64,000 nucleotides of DNA, taken from positions 11,842,001 to 11,906,000 of the forward strand of contig NC_045724.1 in assembly GCF_009834535.1 (NCBI RefSeq), given 5' to 3'. Each line of letters begins with the position of its first letter. The first letter of the stretch is position 1. Position numbers and translations under genes: made by a program. The notes under the pieces were generated by a model. That model worked only from the letters and a program-made list of their open reading frames with translations, had not been told where the DNA came from and did not search any database. Shown in pieces: positions 1 through 11,720 of this stretch. This DNA comes from Camelus ferus. Lineage: Eukaryota.

Positions 1-326
1 GTAGTTCGCGCCCCAGCGGCGTGTTATTTGCCTATATCACTGGCTAGAATTCGAGCCCTACGCTGTCAACGCAGCCAAGGGATTAGGACCCCGAATAGTT
101 AAGGCGTCAGCACTCTTGCTCTCATCATATTGATTAAAGAGTCTAACCAATGTACTCATTTTTTGTGATACAAATTTTACCCGAAACTTGATCGTAAGAG
201 GCTGAATCAGGCAGTTCTTAATTCTGCATCTGCAAGGCTAGTTCTCAGTTCTGAGTTCTTTTCTGGCTTATCCCGGGACACCTATAAGTCATGGGGCTTC
301 ACGCTAACCGTCTTTAAGTGGGCAGC

Positions 327-362
327 GCGCATGCGCCGACTTCCTCTTTCCCGGCTGGAACC
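327..362 (+). promoter_or_regulatory. RPL7: RPL7 core promoter / 5'TOP start: NRF1-type palindrome followed by a polypyrimidine (TCT) initiator
   Basis: GCGCATGCGC at 327-336, then CTTCCTCTTTCCC at 340-352, ending 10 nt before the ATG at 363. This is the typical ribosomal-protein TCT/TOP layout; the local sequence is CpG-rich. Confidence 0.85.
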
Positions 363-376
363 ATGGAGGGTGCAGA
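363..376 (+). CDS. RPL7: RPL7 exon 1 coding part (MEGA + GA, phase 2)
   Basis: ACC ATG GAG GGT GCA GA|gtaagt: strong Kozak context and canonical donor at 377; matches the known mammalian RPL7 start MEGA/VE. Confidence 0.95.
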
Positions 377-893
377 GTAAGTTTCTCTTCGTCTTCTGAA
401 GAATCCTTCTCCATCCCTGAAACCAGAGGCTTTTTGTTGCACTTTCCCCCGCTCCCACTGTAGCCAGTACTTTTGCCAACTTATCTGTGTGTTTGTGACG
501 TTTTGTGACACTAGTGGTGGTCCCAGGTTAAGATGGAATTCAGGCGGCCTTGGGGCAAAGGCTTTGGAGATACGGCAACACGGTGTGAGTTGAGTGTGTG
601 CGGGACCGGCCGGTTGTCCAGTCCACCTTCTTTTAAGGGAGGCTCAGAACCCCTGAATTGGCTGGCATTTGCCCCAGGCGTCCTTGCCATCGGGCGTTTG
701 CTTACAGCATGTGGAGCTGGAGGCTTGAACCAGAGTGGTAGTTGAGGTTTTGTTTTCGAGACTCTTAAGCTTCTTAGACTCAGACTCGCTGATTGTCTAG
801 GGATGAGTGTGTTGCAGCAGTCTTTTAGTCTGTACTCTTCGCTGTTGATATTTTTGTTGTGGGAGCCCGGGACTGATCGTAGGTAAAATGTGA

Positions 894-1097
<204 letters not shown>

Positions 1098-1295
1098 TGA
1101 ACAAGACTTGTTTACTTCAGCTGCTGTACCTGTGGGCTTGGTTTTAGTACAACCTTTTCAAATGAAGGTAGTATCTCTCTCGGAAGGTTAGTGCTTACTG
1201 TGGTGAGAAAAACAAGTTTCAAGGGAAGCGTTTTTCTCTTAAAGAAGTGGTATTGCTAATTGTGTTTGTGAGCTAAAAAGCAGGTGAATAACTGA

Positions 1296-1475
<180 letters not shown>

Positions 1476-1963
1476 TGAGTTCAGTTTTTACTGCATTCTG
1501 ATTTTAAAGAGAAAGCTACACGATCCCAGCAAAAGTTTGCATTGCTTGTTGGGGCCTTGGTTCTGAAACATTGGAATAAAGATATTTTGGGAATAACTAG
1601 AACAAAGGGGAGTTACTTTCATGGTTGTAAGCCCTATGCCCAAAGCCTCTCCATTCTCTGAACACTTGAGTTCAGTGTCCTGGGGATTAACTTCAAAAGT
1701 AGTTAAAATGTTGCCTTAGAAGTGCTATAACAGATGTATATAATACTAGGAAGTAGTAAGAGGGTCAGGGAAAGTTTTAAATGTCAAAGGTGTGTGTCAG
1801 AAGACAGTTTACTTACAGGGGAGGCAAGTTGGGAGAGGTGATAGAATATAACTAAAGGGAAAATTGGTCTCAGTAACAGGAGAGGATTCCTGTTCGGTCA
1901 GACTCCTGTTGCCCAAAATTACAACGATTAGTTTCCTTCTTTAATAAGTAAAAATGCTGATAA

Positions 1964-2134
<171 letters not shown>

Positions 2135-2163
2135 TAGGTATCCTTTTGACTTCTGTTTGGTAA

Positions 2164-2433
<270 letters not shown>

Positions 2434-2480
2434 TAAGTCTCCAAAAATTTAATAACTTTAATAATCTTGAAAATGCTCAG

Positions 2481-2689
2481 GTAAATATGGCATCATCTGC
2501 ATGGAGGATCTGATTCATGAGATCTATACTGTTGGCAAACGTTTCAAAGAAGCANNNNNNNNNNNNNNNNNNNNNNNNNNNNNNNNNNNNNNNNNNNNNN
2601 NNNNNNNNNNNNNNNNNNNNNNNNNNNNNNNNNNNNNNNNNNNNNNNNNNNNNNNNNNNNNNNNNNNNNNNNNNNNNNNNNNNNNNNNN
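2481..2689 (+). CDS. RPL7: RPL7 exon 6, last coding exon (GKYGIICMEDLIHEIYTVGKRFKEA..., remainder in N gap; stop inferred at 2687-2689)
   Basis: ctcag|GT AAA TAT GGC is readable to 2554. The end is inferred from the known 44-aa C-terminus (NNFLW...RRMN*), which fits the 139-nt gap exactly. Total CDS would be 765 nt (254 aa). Confidence 0.85.
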
Positions 2690-2693
2690 NNNN
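2555..2693. other. N gap (139 nt)
   Basis: Run of N. Other gaps: 17212-17393, 17667-17811, 17953-18092, 18204-18467. Confidence 1.
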
Positions 2694-2975
2694 AGCAACT
2701 GCCTCCTGAGAGAAGTTCACGTAATACTGGAGTAAAGTACCTTAAATGCCAATAAGGGTTTGGTTGAGTTCTAAGCAGTATTTTAGAGGGAGAAAACAAC
2801 CATTTTATGATCGCAGTTGGTTTGGTTTCTCCTGGGGACATTTGTGGCAGGAAGAAAAAAATTTTTTTTCCTACTTAAAGATGGAAACTGAATTGGTACT
2901 TCTGTAACTTCCTGATTTATGTTAATTCTTAGTTTTTAAGGTGTTTCTTTTAATGGGTTTTTTTTTTCTTTTCAG

Positions 2976-3045
2976 GTATCTACCATGATTATTTTTGTAA
3001 TCTGGTCAGTTAATTAATAAACAGTGACTGCCTTCAAATTGAAAT
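2976..3045 (+). other. RPL7: RPL7 exon 7 (non-coding 3' UTR exon)
   Basis: Long polypyrimidine tract and cag| at 2975; GTATCTACCATGATTATTTTT resembles the known RPL7 3' UTR. The 3' end is approximate. Confidence 0.85.
3016..3021 (+). terminator. RPL7: RPL7 polyadenylation signal AATAAA
   Basis: AATAAA about 20-25 nt before a GT/T-rich downstream element (tgttggtg..., 3046 onward). Confidence 0.85.
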
Positions 3046-4317
3046 GTTGGTGACTGATATCTTTTCTCTGCTGTCCCTTAACTATTGTGGCAAATCTTGG
3101 TGTGACAAAATTAAGGCAGATCAACAGCTTGTTGCATGCAAAACTTAGGGTCCAATTTGCGTCTTATGAAAACCATTCTTTGGGTTTATTAAAGACTTGT
3201 CTGTACAAAAAGATCCTAACTTTTCACTTTTGAATTGTGAGTTGGCCAAAATGGGTCGATTCTAAGAAAGCCAATTTCACAGCCCTTTGTGCATAATTTA
3301 TAGGTAAGGTGATAAAGGTTCAGTTTGTGAATAAAATTATGTTGCTGAAATTCCATTTTCTCCGGCTTTGGCTTGCCTATAAATTAGCCTATAAGTGTAT
3401 CATTTTCTTTCTGCATTTTACTTTTATGTTCTTGTTTTGCATCGTCTACCCACATTTAGGTGAATTTTTAGTAATTCCATTACATACTGTGTACATCATG
3501 AAGGAAAAAAATGAAATTTGTGCCCACGGATACAATTTCTTTTGGAACATCTAAAGTATTCCTAATGAAACTAGTGAGCAAAAACTTGAAAGGGAGAGTT
3601 GGCATTTTATAAATAACATTCCTCTATATTTTTATGGATGATCCCACCTAGACTAGTAAACCAGAAGGTTTTAAGTGTAGAGTGTAACCTGAAGTACATA
3701 TGGTAACAGTGAAATTTGTGGTTGTCTTTCATTGTGCCAAGGGTATGATGCAGTAGGAAGCAGATGCCCTCGTCTCTTGACACTGTTGCACCAGGATCAT
3801 TACTTCTTAGTATTTGAAAGTTGTTGAACAAATATATTTAAGAATTTGTTAAATTCTTGGGTCTCAAAGTCTGCTTCTCTGCATTAGTGAGTTTAGGGTC
3901 AACAAATCCTGGAGGGAAATCAAGAAAGTTATTTGTAAAAGTGTTAACATGTATACAGGAGTGTGCCAGTGTTTTGCAAGAAATGTAATGTCTTGGTAAA
4001 CAGTTGGATCAGTGTATTAAAAAAAATTGTACATTAACTTCTAGGTGGAGCCTGAAAGTCTTAAGTTTGAAGTGACCTGTTTTGTTTTACTGCTTTGGTA
4101 GGTAAATACAGAGTACAGCCCCCAGTTTTTGTGCACTCAGTATCCTGAAAAGTAGAAGTGGCTTGGAAGAAAATACCTGATTACTGTAATGATGTTGTAC
4201 AGGTGGCATAGTGCTACTACCTAGGCGTGTGTGGGTGGGGGAGGCACTAAATGGAGGGTTTGGGGAAGTAATAGAAATGACATTCTATATATATGATGGT
4301 GGTATTTAACAATGCTG

Positions 4318-4497
4318 TTTTTTTAAATTAGGTTTTAGAGCAGTTTAAGGTTCAAGCACAGTTTTGAGTGGAAACTATAGCGTTCCCATATACTCCCCTG
4401 TCCCCAAACACCCACAGTCTCCCCTACTGTCAACATTAAGTGACACAATTGTTGCAGTCTGTGAATTGACACATTAATTCATTCAATCACCAGAAGT
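4318..4497 (-). mobile_element. Old L1 3' end fragment (L1MB8/L1MC-like)
   Basis: ttttagagcagtttaaggttc...ttcccatatactcccctgtcccc resembles the recalled L1MB8/L1MC 3' UTR consensus. Confidence 0.6.
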
Positions 4498-5067
4498 AGA
4501 GTTCTTGAAGCTGGTGATAGATAGAAGATTCTGTAGGTGTAGATAGGATAAAGAAGCAAGTGTTCGGGCTGTATGTGTCCTCTGCAGGCATTTGGTTTCA
4601 GCCCTGGAAATTCAACTTTGTCCACATAGTTTCCAAATGGGCGTAGAGAACCAGAGGATGGGGACATGTAAGAGTTGGGGGGGGGGGTACCTGGGATTAG
4701 GGTAGAGAGCTCTAAAGCAGTGGGGATAAATGTAAAAAAGCATGCTGTCAGGTGGCAATTAATGGCTGTCAAATTCCTAGGGAGTAAAGTGGAATAATCT
4801 ACTTTCACAGGATGGTGAGAACTAAAAATAGGTATGAGAATATTTTGTGAACCTGTTGAAATGCAACTTAATACCTTATTTTACTTAAAGAACTCACCTC
4901 CTAAAAGTGATGTCACTTTACAAGGGTCTAGAAGGCTAACCACCTCTCCAATGGAAATCTGCCATCCTTACTAGGTCTCCCCCTTAGCTCTCCTGGTCTC
5001 CAAGTTTAGTTGTCTGTTGCACTCACTGGCCTTCAGTGGTGTCTGGGCTTACCTTTGAAGTTACTTT

Positions 5068-5290
5068 GTGGTAAGCAGGAGTAAGTGCTGGCTCTGGAGC
5101 CAAACTGCTTGAATTCATTTCCAGCTTCCATTTAATAGTTTGGGCCATTTAAATTTCTTCATGTTTCCTTAATCAGCAAAATGGGGGAAATAATGGTACC
5201 TAATTTCATAGAGTTTTAGTAAAGATTAAATATGTCAGGTCATGTGAAGTGCTTAGGGCAGTGCCTGGCCCAAAGTGCTAAGTAAATACT
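5068..5290 (+). mobile_element. MIR SINE
   Basis: ctctggagccaaactgc...aaaatgggggaaataatggtacc...aagtgcttag..cagtgcctggc, i.e. the MIR core and tail. Confidence 0.75.
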
Positions 5291-5617
5291 GTTTGCTCTG
5301 TAACTTGAGCACTTAGACGGGTGTACAGATGCAGGTAGCCTGCTTTCGTGTGTAAGTCTAATGGGCAAGACAGACTTAGCACAAGTGCTACAAGGATGTC
5401 TAAGATGTCACAGCCTCTTAAGGTGTCATTGGGGACCACTTCCAGGGGAGATTGACAACTTTCTGGCCCCCCGCTGTCTTTCTTTACAGATTTGGTATCA
5501 AACCAGCCAAAACATTGCTCTCGTACACGAGCCTCTCTTCTCTTGGGCAGTAAACTTTGTAAGGCAGTTCTTTTTTTTTCTACCCAGTACCTGACATACA
5601 ACACAGTAGGTGCTAAG

Positions 5618-6062
5618 TGTTTTCCTATTGCTGCTGTAACAAATTACCAGAAACCTACATGACTTAAAATACAAACTCCTAATAGTTTTGGAGGTCGGAA
5701 GTTCAAAATCAGTTTCACTGGGCTAACTTAAGGGGTCAGCAGGCCTGCCTGCCTTTCGAAGGCTCCAGGGGATGATCTGTTTCCTTGCCTTTTCCAGCTT
5801 CTAGAAGTTTTCTTGGCTTGTGGCCCCTTCGTCCATCTTCAGAGTGTAATCTCTGCTTCCATCCTTCCATCATCTCTCTGGCTCTGATCCTCCTGCCTGC
5901 CTCTTACATGGACTCTTGTGCTTATGTTGGGCCACCCAGATAATCCAGGATAATTCCCCATCTCAGGTTCCTTAATGTAAGTACCTCTGCAAAGTGTACA
6001 GAGGTAGCATGGTCACAAATTCTAGAAGTTAAGGCAGAGAGATATTTGAGAGGGTCATTCTT
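5618..6062 (-). mobile_element. MaLR solo LTR (MLT1C/D-like)
   Basis: Begins tgttttcctattgctgctgtaacaaattacc (reverse complement of the MLT1 3' end); internal ggaggtcggaagttc and cccagataatccaggataat motifs. Confidence 0.75.
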
Positions 6063-7299
6063 CGATCTTTATGGCTCCCAGCTGTCTTTTTGCTTGTGCC
6101 TCAAGAATGGCAAGCTTCCAGTGTAAGGTTTTGGCACTTGGAATCTTGAGTCTGGAATATTCAGCCCTGAGGTCTGTACTTGGCTTTTTCATTCTGGAAA
6201 AAGAGATCTCTGACACATTTCTCCAAATAACCTTGTTTTTCCCATACCATCAGTTACTGTATGAACTAATTGTTCCGTTTACTTGTTATCTGTTGCTTTT
6301 CACAGCCACTCAAGGGTTTGAATATACTTTCACAGCCACTATCAGGCTTGAGTCTTAGCTTTCTTTATTTTAACAGAACAATGCCTGGTACATTGTAGGC
6401 CCTTTGCTTTGTTGATTGAGTGAATCAAGCATTTTAAAGGCAGTAGCTATTCCATCTCCAGTGTTCACACATTTTAGTCCTTGGGTGTTTGGGTAGGGAG
6501 TGGTAAGAGGAGGTGTAGAGGCTAGAATATACACACACATACACACGTATTTTTTTTTCTGGGAAAAATTATATTCTACTCAGGAAAAAATAAGTTTTAT
6601 TGTGTAGGGATAGTAGTTCATGAAAACATGCTAGAGGAATATAGGAGATTGTTCCTACTGTGAGGATTTGAAGTTTCACAGAGGAGGTAGAATTTGGGCA
6701 CCTGGTGGTAGATAGTGGGATGGGGGAGAGGTGGTAAAAGCCAAGAGGAGGGTTTAGCAAAACTCAAAACAGACCATTTAATAATAAACATTTGATCACA
6801 TGTACACTTAATCCCACATAATCCTGGGTGGGTGGCTCTTCACTTTGAGTGCAACCCCAGAACTGAATTCTTAATTGGTTTTGGGATGGGCCCCAGACTT
6901 TCCCTTTAAATCCTTTGTGTTATTTTTTAAAGTGCTGCCTAGTCTCTATTAGGTAAATACACTGCTATCCCCAGTTTTTTAAGATGAGGGGCTAACTTTC
7001 CTGACCCTGGAATCACCCAGCTAAGTAGTGGGGCTAGTATAAGGCACGTCTAATTTGAGTTGGTTTCTTAACCAGAGGAGCTAGGGAAGGTTAGAATCCA
7101 GCTTAACGAAAAGCTGAGAGCGGTTTCAGGAGTTTTGTGGGATCTGAAACCATTATTACCTGGGCTAAACTTGCAGCCCTTGTGGAAGGGTCAAGAAACG
7201 AAGACAAGGTTTAGGAAAATTTGACAGTAAATAGAGGCTAAGACGCTACTGTGTGAGTCAGGCTGCTAGACTTTCTAACTTGGAAGGGGACCCGCACCG

Positions 7300-8300
7300 A
7301 ACATCTCACCAAAGAACCTAGACGAAGGAGGCGTGGAACACGGAACTCGCGGGCACGTGAGGGAACCTCGGACAACGACGTCATTACCGACGATTGGGTT
7401 GGTCAGGTGTTGCTGGTCCGTACTCATCTGTACTCTGGAGAGCCTGGTTAGTTTGAACCTTTAAAATGCAGCCCAGAGAACTGAACCTCACCAACCTTGT
7501 CCAGCTGCCCACTACCCACACTCGTGCCCCACTGACCTTGTGTCACGACTGAGTCCTCTTCACCCAGCCTTGTTCCCGCACCTTCCTCCCACCCCGCCCC
7601 CTGCAGCCGTGACCCCGAAGGCGGCGGCACCGTATAGCGTTGTCGAGTGAGTCCCAGCGACCCCGCAGCCGCCCAAGCACCATCCTGGCTTGGATCCCTA
7701 ACTCTCGACCTGATTCCTTGCGGGACGGCGGCCGATGACCGCGAGGCAGGCATCCCGGAAGCTCCGGGCGCCTAGCAACCCGCGCGCGTCGGGCCGGCGG
7801 GGCTGAGCGGCGGGCGCGACGCGCTCCCGAGCGTCGCCGGGCTGCCGGCCGCCAAGCATGCTCGCCCCGAGAGCGGCGCCCGAGCGAGCGCGCGGCCGTC
7901 CGCCCCGCCCCGCCGCCGCGGCCAGCCCCGCGACTCGGCCCTGCCCGGCCGGGGGCTCGGCTCGGCGCCCGGCCGCCGCTGGCTCCCGCGCTGTCCGCTG
8001 CCCCCGCTGTCCCCGCTGACTCCGCTGCCAGAGCCCGAGACCTGGGCGCCGCCGCCGCGGGCCGGGCGCGCGAAGAAGCCCCTTCCCTCCACGGCGGAGC
8101 TGCGGGGACAGTGAGTGCGGGAGGCCGGCGGGCCTCGGGGGAGCCCGGGCCACGGACGGGAAGGGGACCTTGCCAGCAAGGACAGGGCTGAAAGGGAGGT
8201 GGGTCCCGGAGAGCAGCTGGTCTGGCCTCTTCCCAGGAAAGAGAACTAGCCTAGTGATGCTCATGGGTCGCCCCAAGGATTTTCGTGACGCGCTTCCTGG
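7300..8300. promoter_or_regulatory. CpG island, probable distal promoter of C8orf89
   Basis: Very high GC and CpG density, peaking at 7740-8160. Motifs: E-box CACGTG 7354-7359, CRE-like GACGTCA 7377-7383, inverted CCAAT 7393-7397, GC box ~7592-7600, ETS CCGGAAG 7755-7761, RFX-type GCCTAGCAAC 7770-7779. Confidence 0.75.
7790..8110 (+). other. C8orf89: Candidate upstream first exon of C8orf89 (exon 1b); start approximate
   Basis: Lies just downstream of the RFX/ETS motifs and ends at a consensus donor ACA|GTGAGT (8110|8111). A matching acceptor sits at 19691-19692, 40 nt before the C8orf89 ATG. No transcript evidence is available. Confidence 0.5.
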
Positions 8301-8899
8301 GGAGCTGGCGGGAAGGCGGGGGCTGAGGACCTGACCCAGGTGGGCGGGTCAGGTGTAGGAGAGGTGCGAATGAAACCCAGGGTAGAGGGCCTGCCCTGCC
8401 AGGTCTGTGCCTTCCCGTCCTCCCACGTCCTGGGACCGGCAGGCATAATAGCCATCCCTCAAGGACACGCCCTTACAGGTTCGCACTCCGACCCTCCCAG
8501 GGTTTAAAGTGAAGAGGGAGTTGAATGTGTTTTTTTTTTCCTTCTTTGACTGCCCCTTTCTCCCGGGTGGAGCAGGGCTTGGGATGCTGACCGTGTTAAT
8601 CAGATAGCTGGCCGGGTTTTCACTTTTGCATTGTATCAGATTTACCTGTAATTTGTTTATTATATTACTTTTTCTTTTTTACAAGGGGTTAAATATACTA
8701 GAGAAGACTTGTGTCATGAAGGTAATCTGCTCTGTTGTACTGGTCATTTCCCCACCACATTTCATAGACATGGAAACTGGAGTATCTACCTGTAGACAAA
8801 TTGAGTTTTGCAACCATTTTCAGGGTATTGTACCCTCTGAAGCACAAGAATCCCTGCCTTTCATCTTTATTGACTTTTTATCTACATTGCTGCTGCTGC

Positions 8900-9035
8900 T
8901 TTTTTTTTTTTTTCCAGGGGAGAGGTAATTAGGTTCATTTATTTATTTGGTTTTTTAATGAAGGCACTGAGGATTGAACCCAAGACCTCATGCATGCTAA
9001 GCATGTGCTCTACTACTTGAGCTATACCCTCCCCC
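8900..9035 (-). mobile_element. Camelid tRNA-derived SINE (Vic-1 type)
   Basis: The reverse complement reads GGGAGGGTATAGCTCAAGTAGTAGAGCACATGCTTAGCATGCATGAGGTCTTGGGTTCAATCC...AACCTAATTACCTC: tRNA-Ala-like head with A and B boxes plus an A-rich tail. Confidence 0.9.
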
Positions 9036-9289
9036 CTTACCTATATTGTTAATGATGAGTTTAAATCTTCCATTACATGGTATTTCTTCAAAAATACTTC
9101 CGACATTTCCTTTTTCAAGTTCTTACATTTTTGAAATTCCGTTGTAATACATCAGTACTTCTCATGCAGACAGCGCGGAAGTATACAGAGTTGGAGTTGA
9201 AAGCCCCCTTTAGTTTCTACTCCTTTAATTTCTAACACTTCTTAGACTCGATTTAGTATTTATGCTTCTGTTCTCTTTTCATTTGTTTT

Positions 9290-9665
9290 CTGATCATCAG
9301 TGGAATCATATGGATTCTTTTGAGGAACTGCCTTTTTCACTTAAGATGTGCTGAATGCCTTTCATATCAGTTCTGCACTTTCATATCACTTAGTTCTGCA
9401 CTATTTCATAGATGTGTCATATAGATGTATGATCATATGGTACAGATGTATCATAATTTATGTAACCATTCCTCTAAGATTGGTTCCAATTTTTCCTTAT
9501 TACAAACAACGCAACAGTGAACATTCTTACATACGGGAACTGTTCTATAAAGTGAATTCCTTGAAGTAGAATTGCTGGGTCAGATGTTTGTACATTAAAA
9601 AATTTTGGTGAAAACTTGCCTTCCAAAAAGCCTTTACTGATTTACATTTCCATCAACAGGCTGTG
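9290..9665 (-). mobile_element. Old L1 (L1ME-like) fragment
   Basis: cagtgaacattctt...gtagaattgctgggtca...tttacatttccatcaacag is the reverse complement of the L1 ORF2 3' region. Confidence 0.6.
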
Positions 9666-9867
9666 GTGAAACAAAAAAACAAACAAAAAAACCCCTTGTG
9701 TTTATTATTTTAAAACAATTAAATCAATAGCTCCCACTTATTGAATGTTTATTACCTGGTCAGCACTGTGCTGAACACTTTATATGCATTTTAAAATTTA
9801 ATCCTCACTCACCCTGCGAGAGCCAGCAGCATTGCTATTTTCTTCGTGACTCTATGGTGATGCAACT

Positions 9868-10034
9868 ATTTTTTTTATGATTGTCCACTTTACTTTTGTT
9901 TCTTTGGAGTGGTGGGGAGGAAGTAATTAGGTTTATTTATTTATTCTTTTTCTAAATGGAGGTACTAGGGATTGAACCCAGGCCCTCCTGCTTACTAAGC
10001 AGGCACCTCGCCACTAAGCTGTATCCTCTCCCTA
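9868..10034 (-). mobile_element. Camelid SINE inserted into a MIR, with a 21-bp TSD
   Basis: SINE body ~9911-10032. TSD tgac(t/c)ctatggtgatgcaact at 9847-9867 and 10035-10055 (1 mismatch). MIR-like flanks at ~9730-9830 and ~10060-10130. Confidence 0.9.
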
Positions 10035-10339
10035 TGACCCTATGGTGATGCAACTGTTGAAGGGCAGAGCCAAGATTAGAATCCAGGTTCATTTTACCTC
10101 CAGTGCTTGTGTTCCTTGTCACGTCTGAACTCCTGGTCAGTAATTGAGAATTGTGCGTCATGGGTTCTTTGAGGATTAAATGATTAAATTGTGTATTTGG
10201 TGTTACAGTATTATTAGCACATAGTTCCTTTCTCTACTCACTCCTGTAGAACTGGATGTGGGCCAGTGCTCCCTGCAGTTCTGGTTCCTCTGGGTCATTT
10301 GGCTCTCTAGGCACTCTTTCTGCCTTTTTTTTTTTTTTT

Positions 10340-11170
10340 TTTTTTTTTTAATCTTCCTGCCTTGCATGTATTTTAAGGGAATCAGGCTTTCTTCTCTCTC
10401 TCAAATCTCCTTTGCTAACTTTAATCCAGTCTTTGGCCTTAATTCTCACCCGTAAATAGATAACTCTTAAAAGCTTCATCTGGCAAACAAACCTGTAGTC
10501 CTCAATATTCCTATAGCCCAAATCCAGGTAATAAATAGGTCTCCACCTGAATGTTCTGTGCTCATTTTATCTAAAACTGGGCTGCTTGTTGCCCTCCACC
10601 CCCAGACTAACACTTTCTTTGAAATTAATTCATGGTTCCATAATTCTCTGGGCGACTCTAGTTCAGGGCCTCAGACAACTTTGACTCTTTTTTTCTTTGC
10701 TGAACCTCCTAAATTCAGTCATTCGTCAGTCTTGCGTCATTGGTACTACTCTAACTTAAGCACTCTGAACTATTATATGTAGCCTCTTAACCTGGCCCCA
10801 GTCCCTGCCAGCTTAATCTTCCTAAAGCATGGCCATGAATATGCTACACCTCTGTTCTAAAACCCTCATGCCTACTCTCATTTCTACTTACCAAAACCTG
10901 TGAGACTTAGTTTGAACATCCCTTGCTCAAAAACAGTAGCAAAACTCTCCTTCCCCAGTCTGGGTAGGTCAGCAAAGGCTCTGTTGTACCATAAAAATTT
11001 AAACACAGATTTATCATCAATATTTATTGTAACAAACACATTGTTTGTTTACTCGGCTCCCCCTAAAAGAGTATATGCTTTGGCATCTCAGTCATTTTTT
11101 TGTATTTCAGCTCTTAGCCCAATGAATGACTGGCATTGTGGACAAATAACTAGCTTTCTCAGTGAATCTA
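10340..11170 (+). mobile_element. L2 fragments
   Basis: ctccacctgaatgttc...tctaaaactgggctg and later motifs resemble the degraded L2 3' region. Confidence 0.5.
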
Positions 11171-11239
11171 CAGCTCACCTCTCTTTATGTTTACTTGATG
11201 ATTTCTTTTGGTTTAGTCAAAGCTAAAAATAGATTATCT

Positions 11240-11720
11240 TACCACCTGCTGTTTGATGTTTGCACTATTTTCAGCTTTGTTGCTTTTCTATTATAAAAAA
11301 TATAGGATTTGACATCCTTGAAGATAAATATTTGTATGTATCATTGATTATTCCTTTAGGATAAACTCCTGGAAGTGGAATTACTGGGTCAAAAGTATAT
11401 AAAATTATAAGGGCATATATATTTCTGGATTGTTCTCTAGAAATATTATACTGATACATCCACTGAAACCTTATGATAGTACCTATTTCCTTGAACCCCA
11501 TCATACACTGTCTAGTAGTTAAAAAAAATCCTTGCTATTTTCAGAGCAAAAGTTATAGCTCAATATTTTGCTTTTATTTGGGTACTGGTGAGGGAGAACT
11601 TTTATTGACCATTTGTATTTTTTCTGTAATAAGTTATCTGTTCTTTAATAAATACACTCTCTTTAAGATCACTTTCTTATTGATTTTTAAATGTCTTTAT
11701 ATACCAAAGAAATTGAATCC
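11240..11720 (-). mobile_element. Old L1 ORF2 C-terminal fragment
   Basis: ORF 11271..11504 contains FDPVIPLPGVYPK, a degenerate form of the L1 ORF2p motif [13 protein letters not shown]. Confidence 0.7.

Noticed and set aside
3117-3133. cagatcaacagcttgtt, resembling the recalled RPL7 exon-6 end (CAGATCAACAGGCTTATT)
   Set aside because: Only 17 nt, with an indel and a mismatch, and exon 6 is masked so no direct comparison is possible. Could be chance.
7698-8276. Minus-strand ORFs of 192 aa and 135 aa in the CpG island
   Set aside because: Low-complexity Arg/Gly/Ala/Pro translations expected from stop-poor GC-rich DNA; no recognisable homology or minus-strand exon structure.
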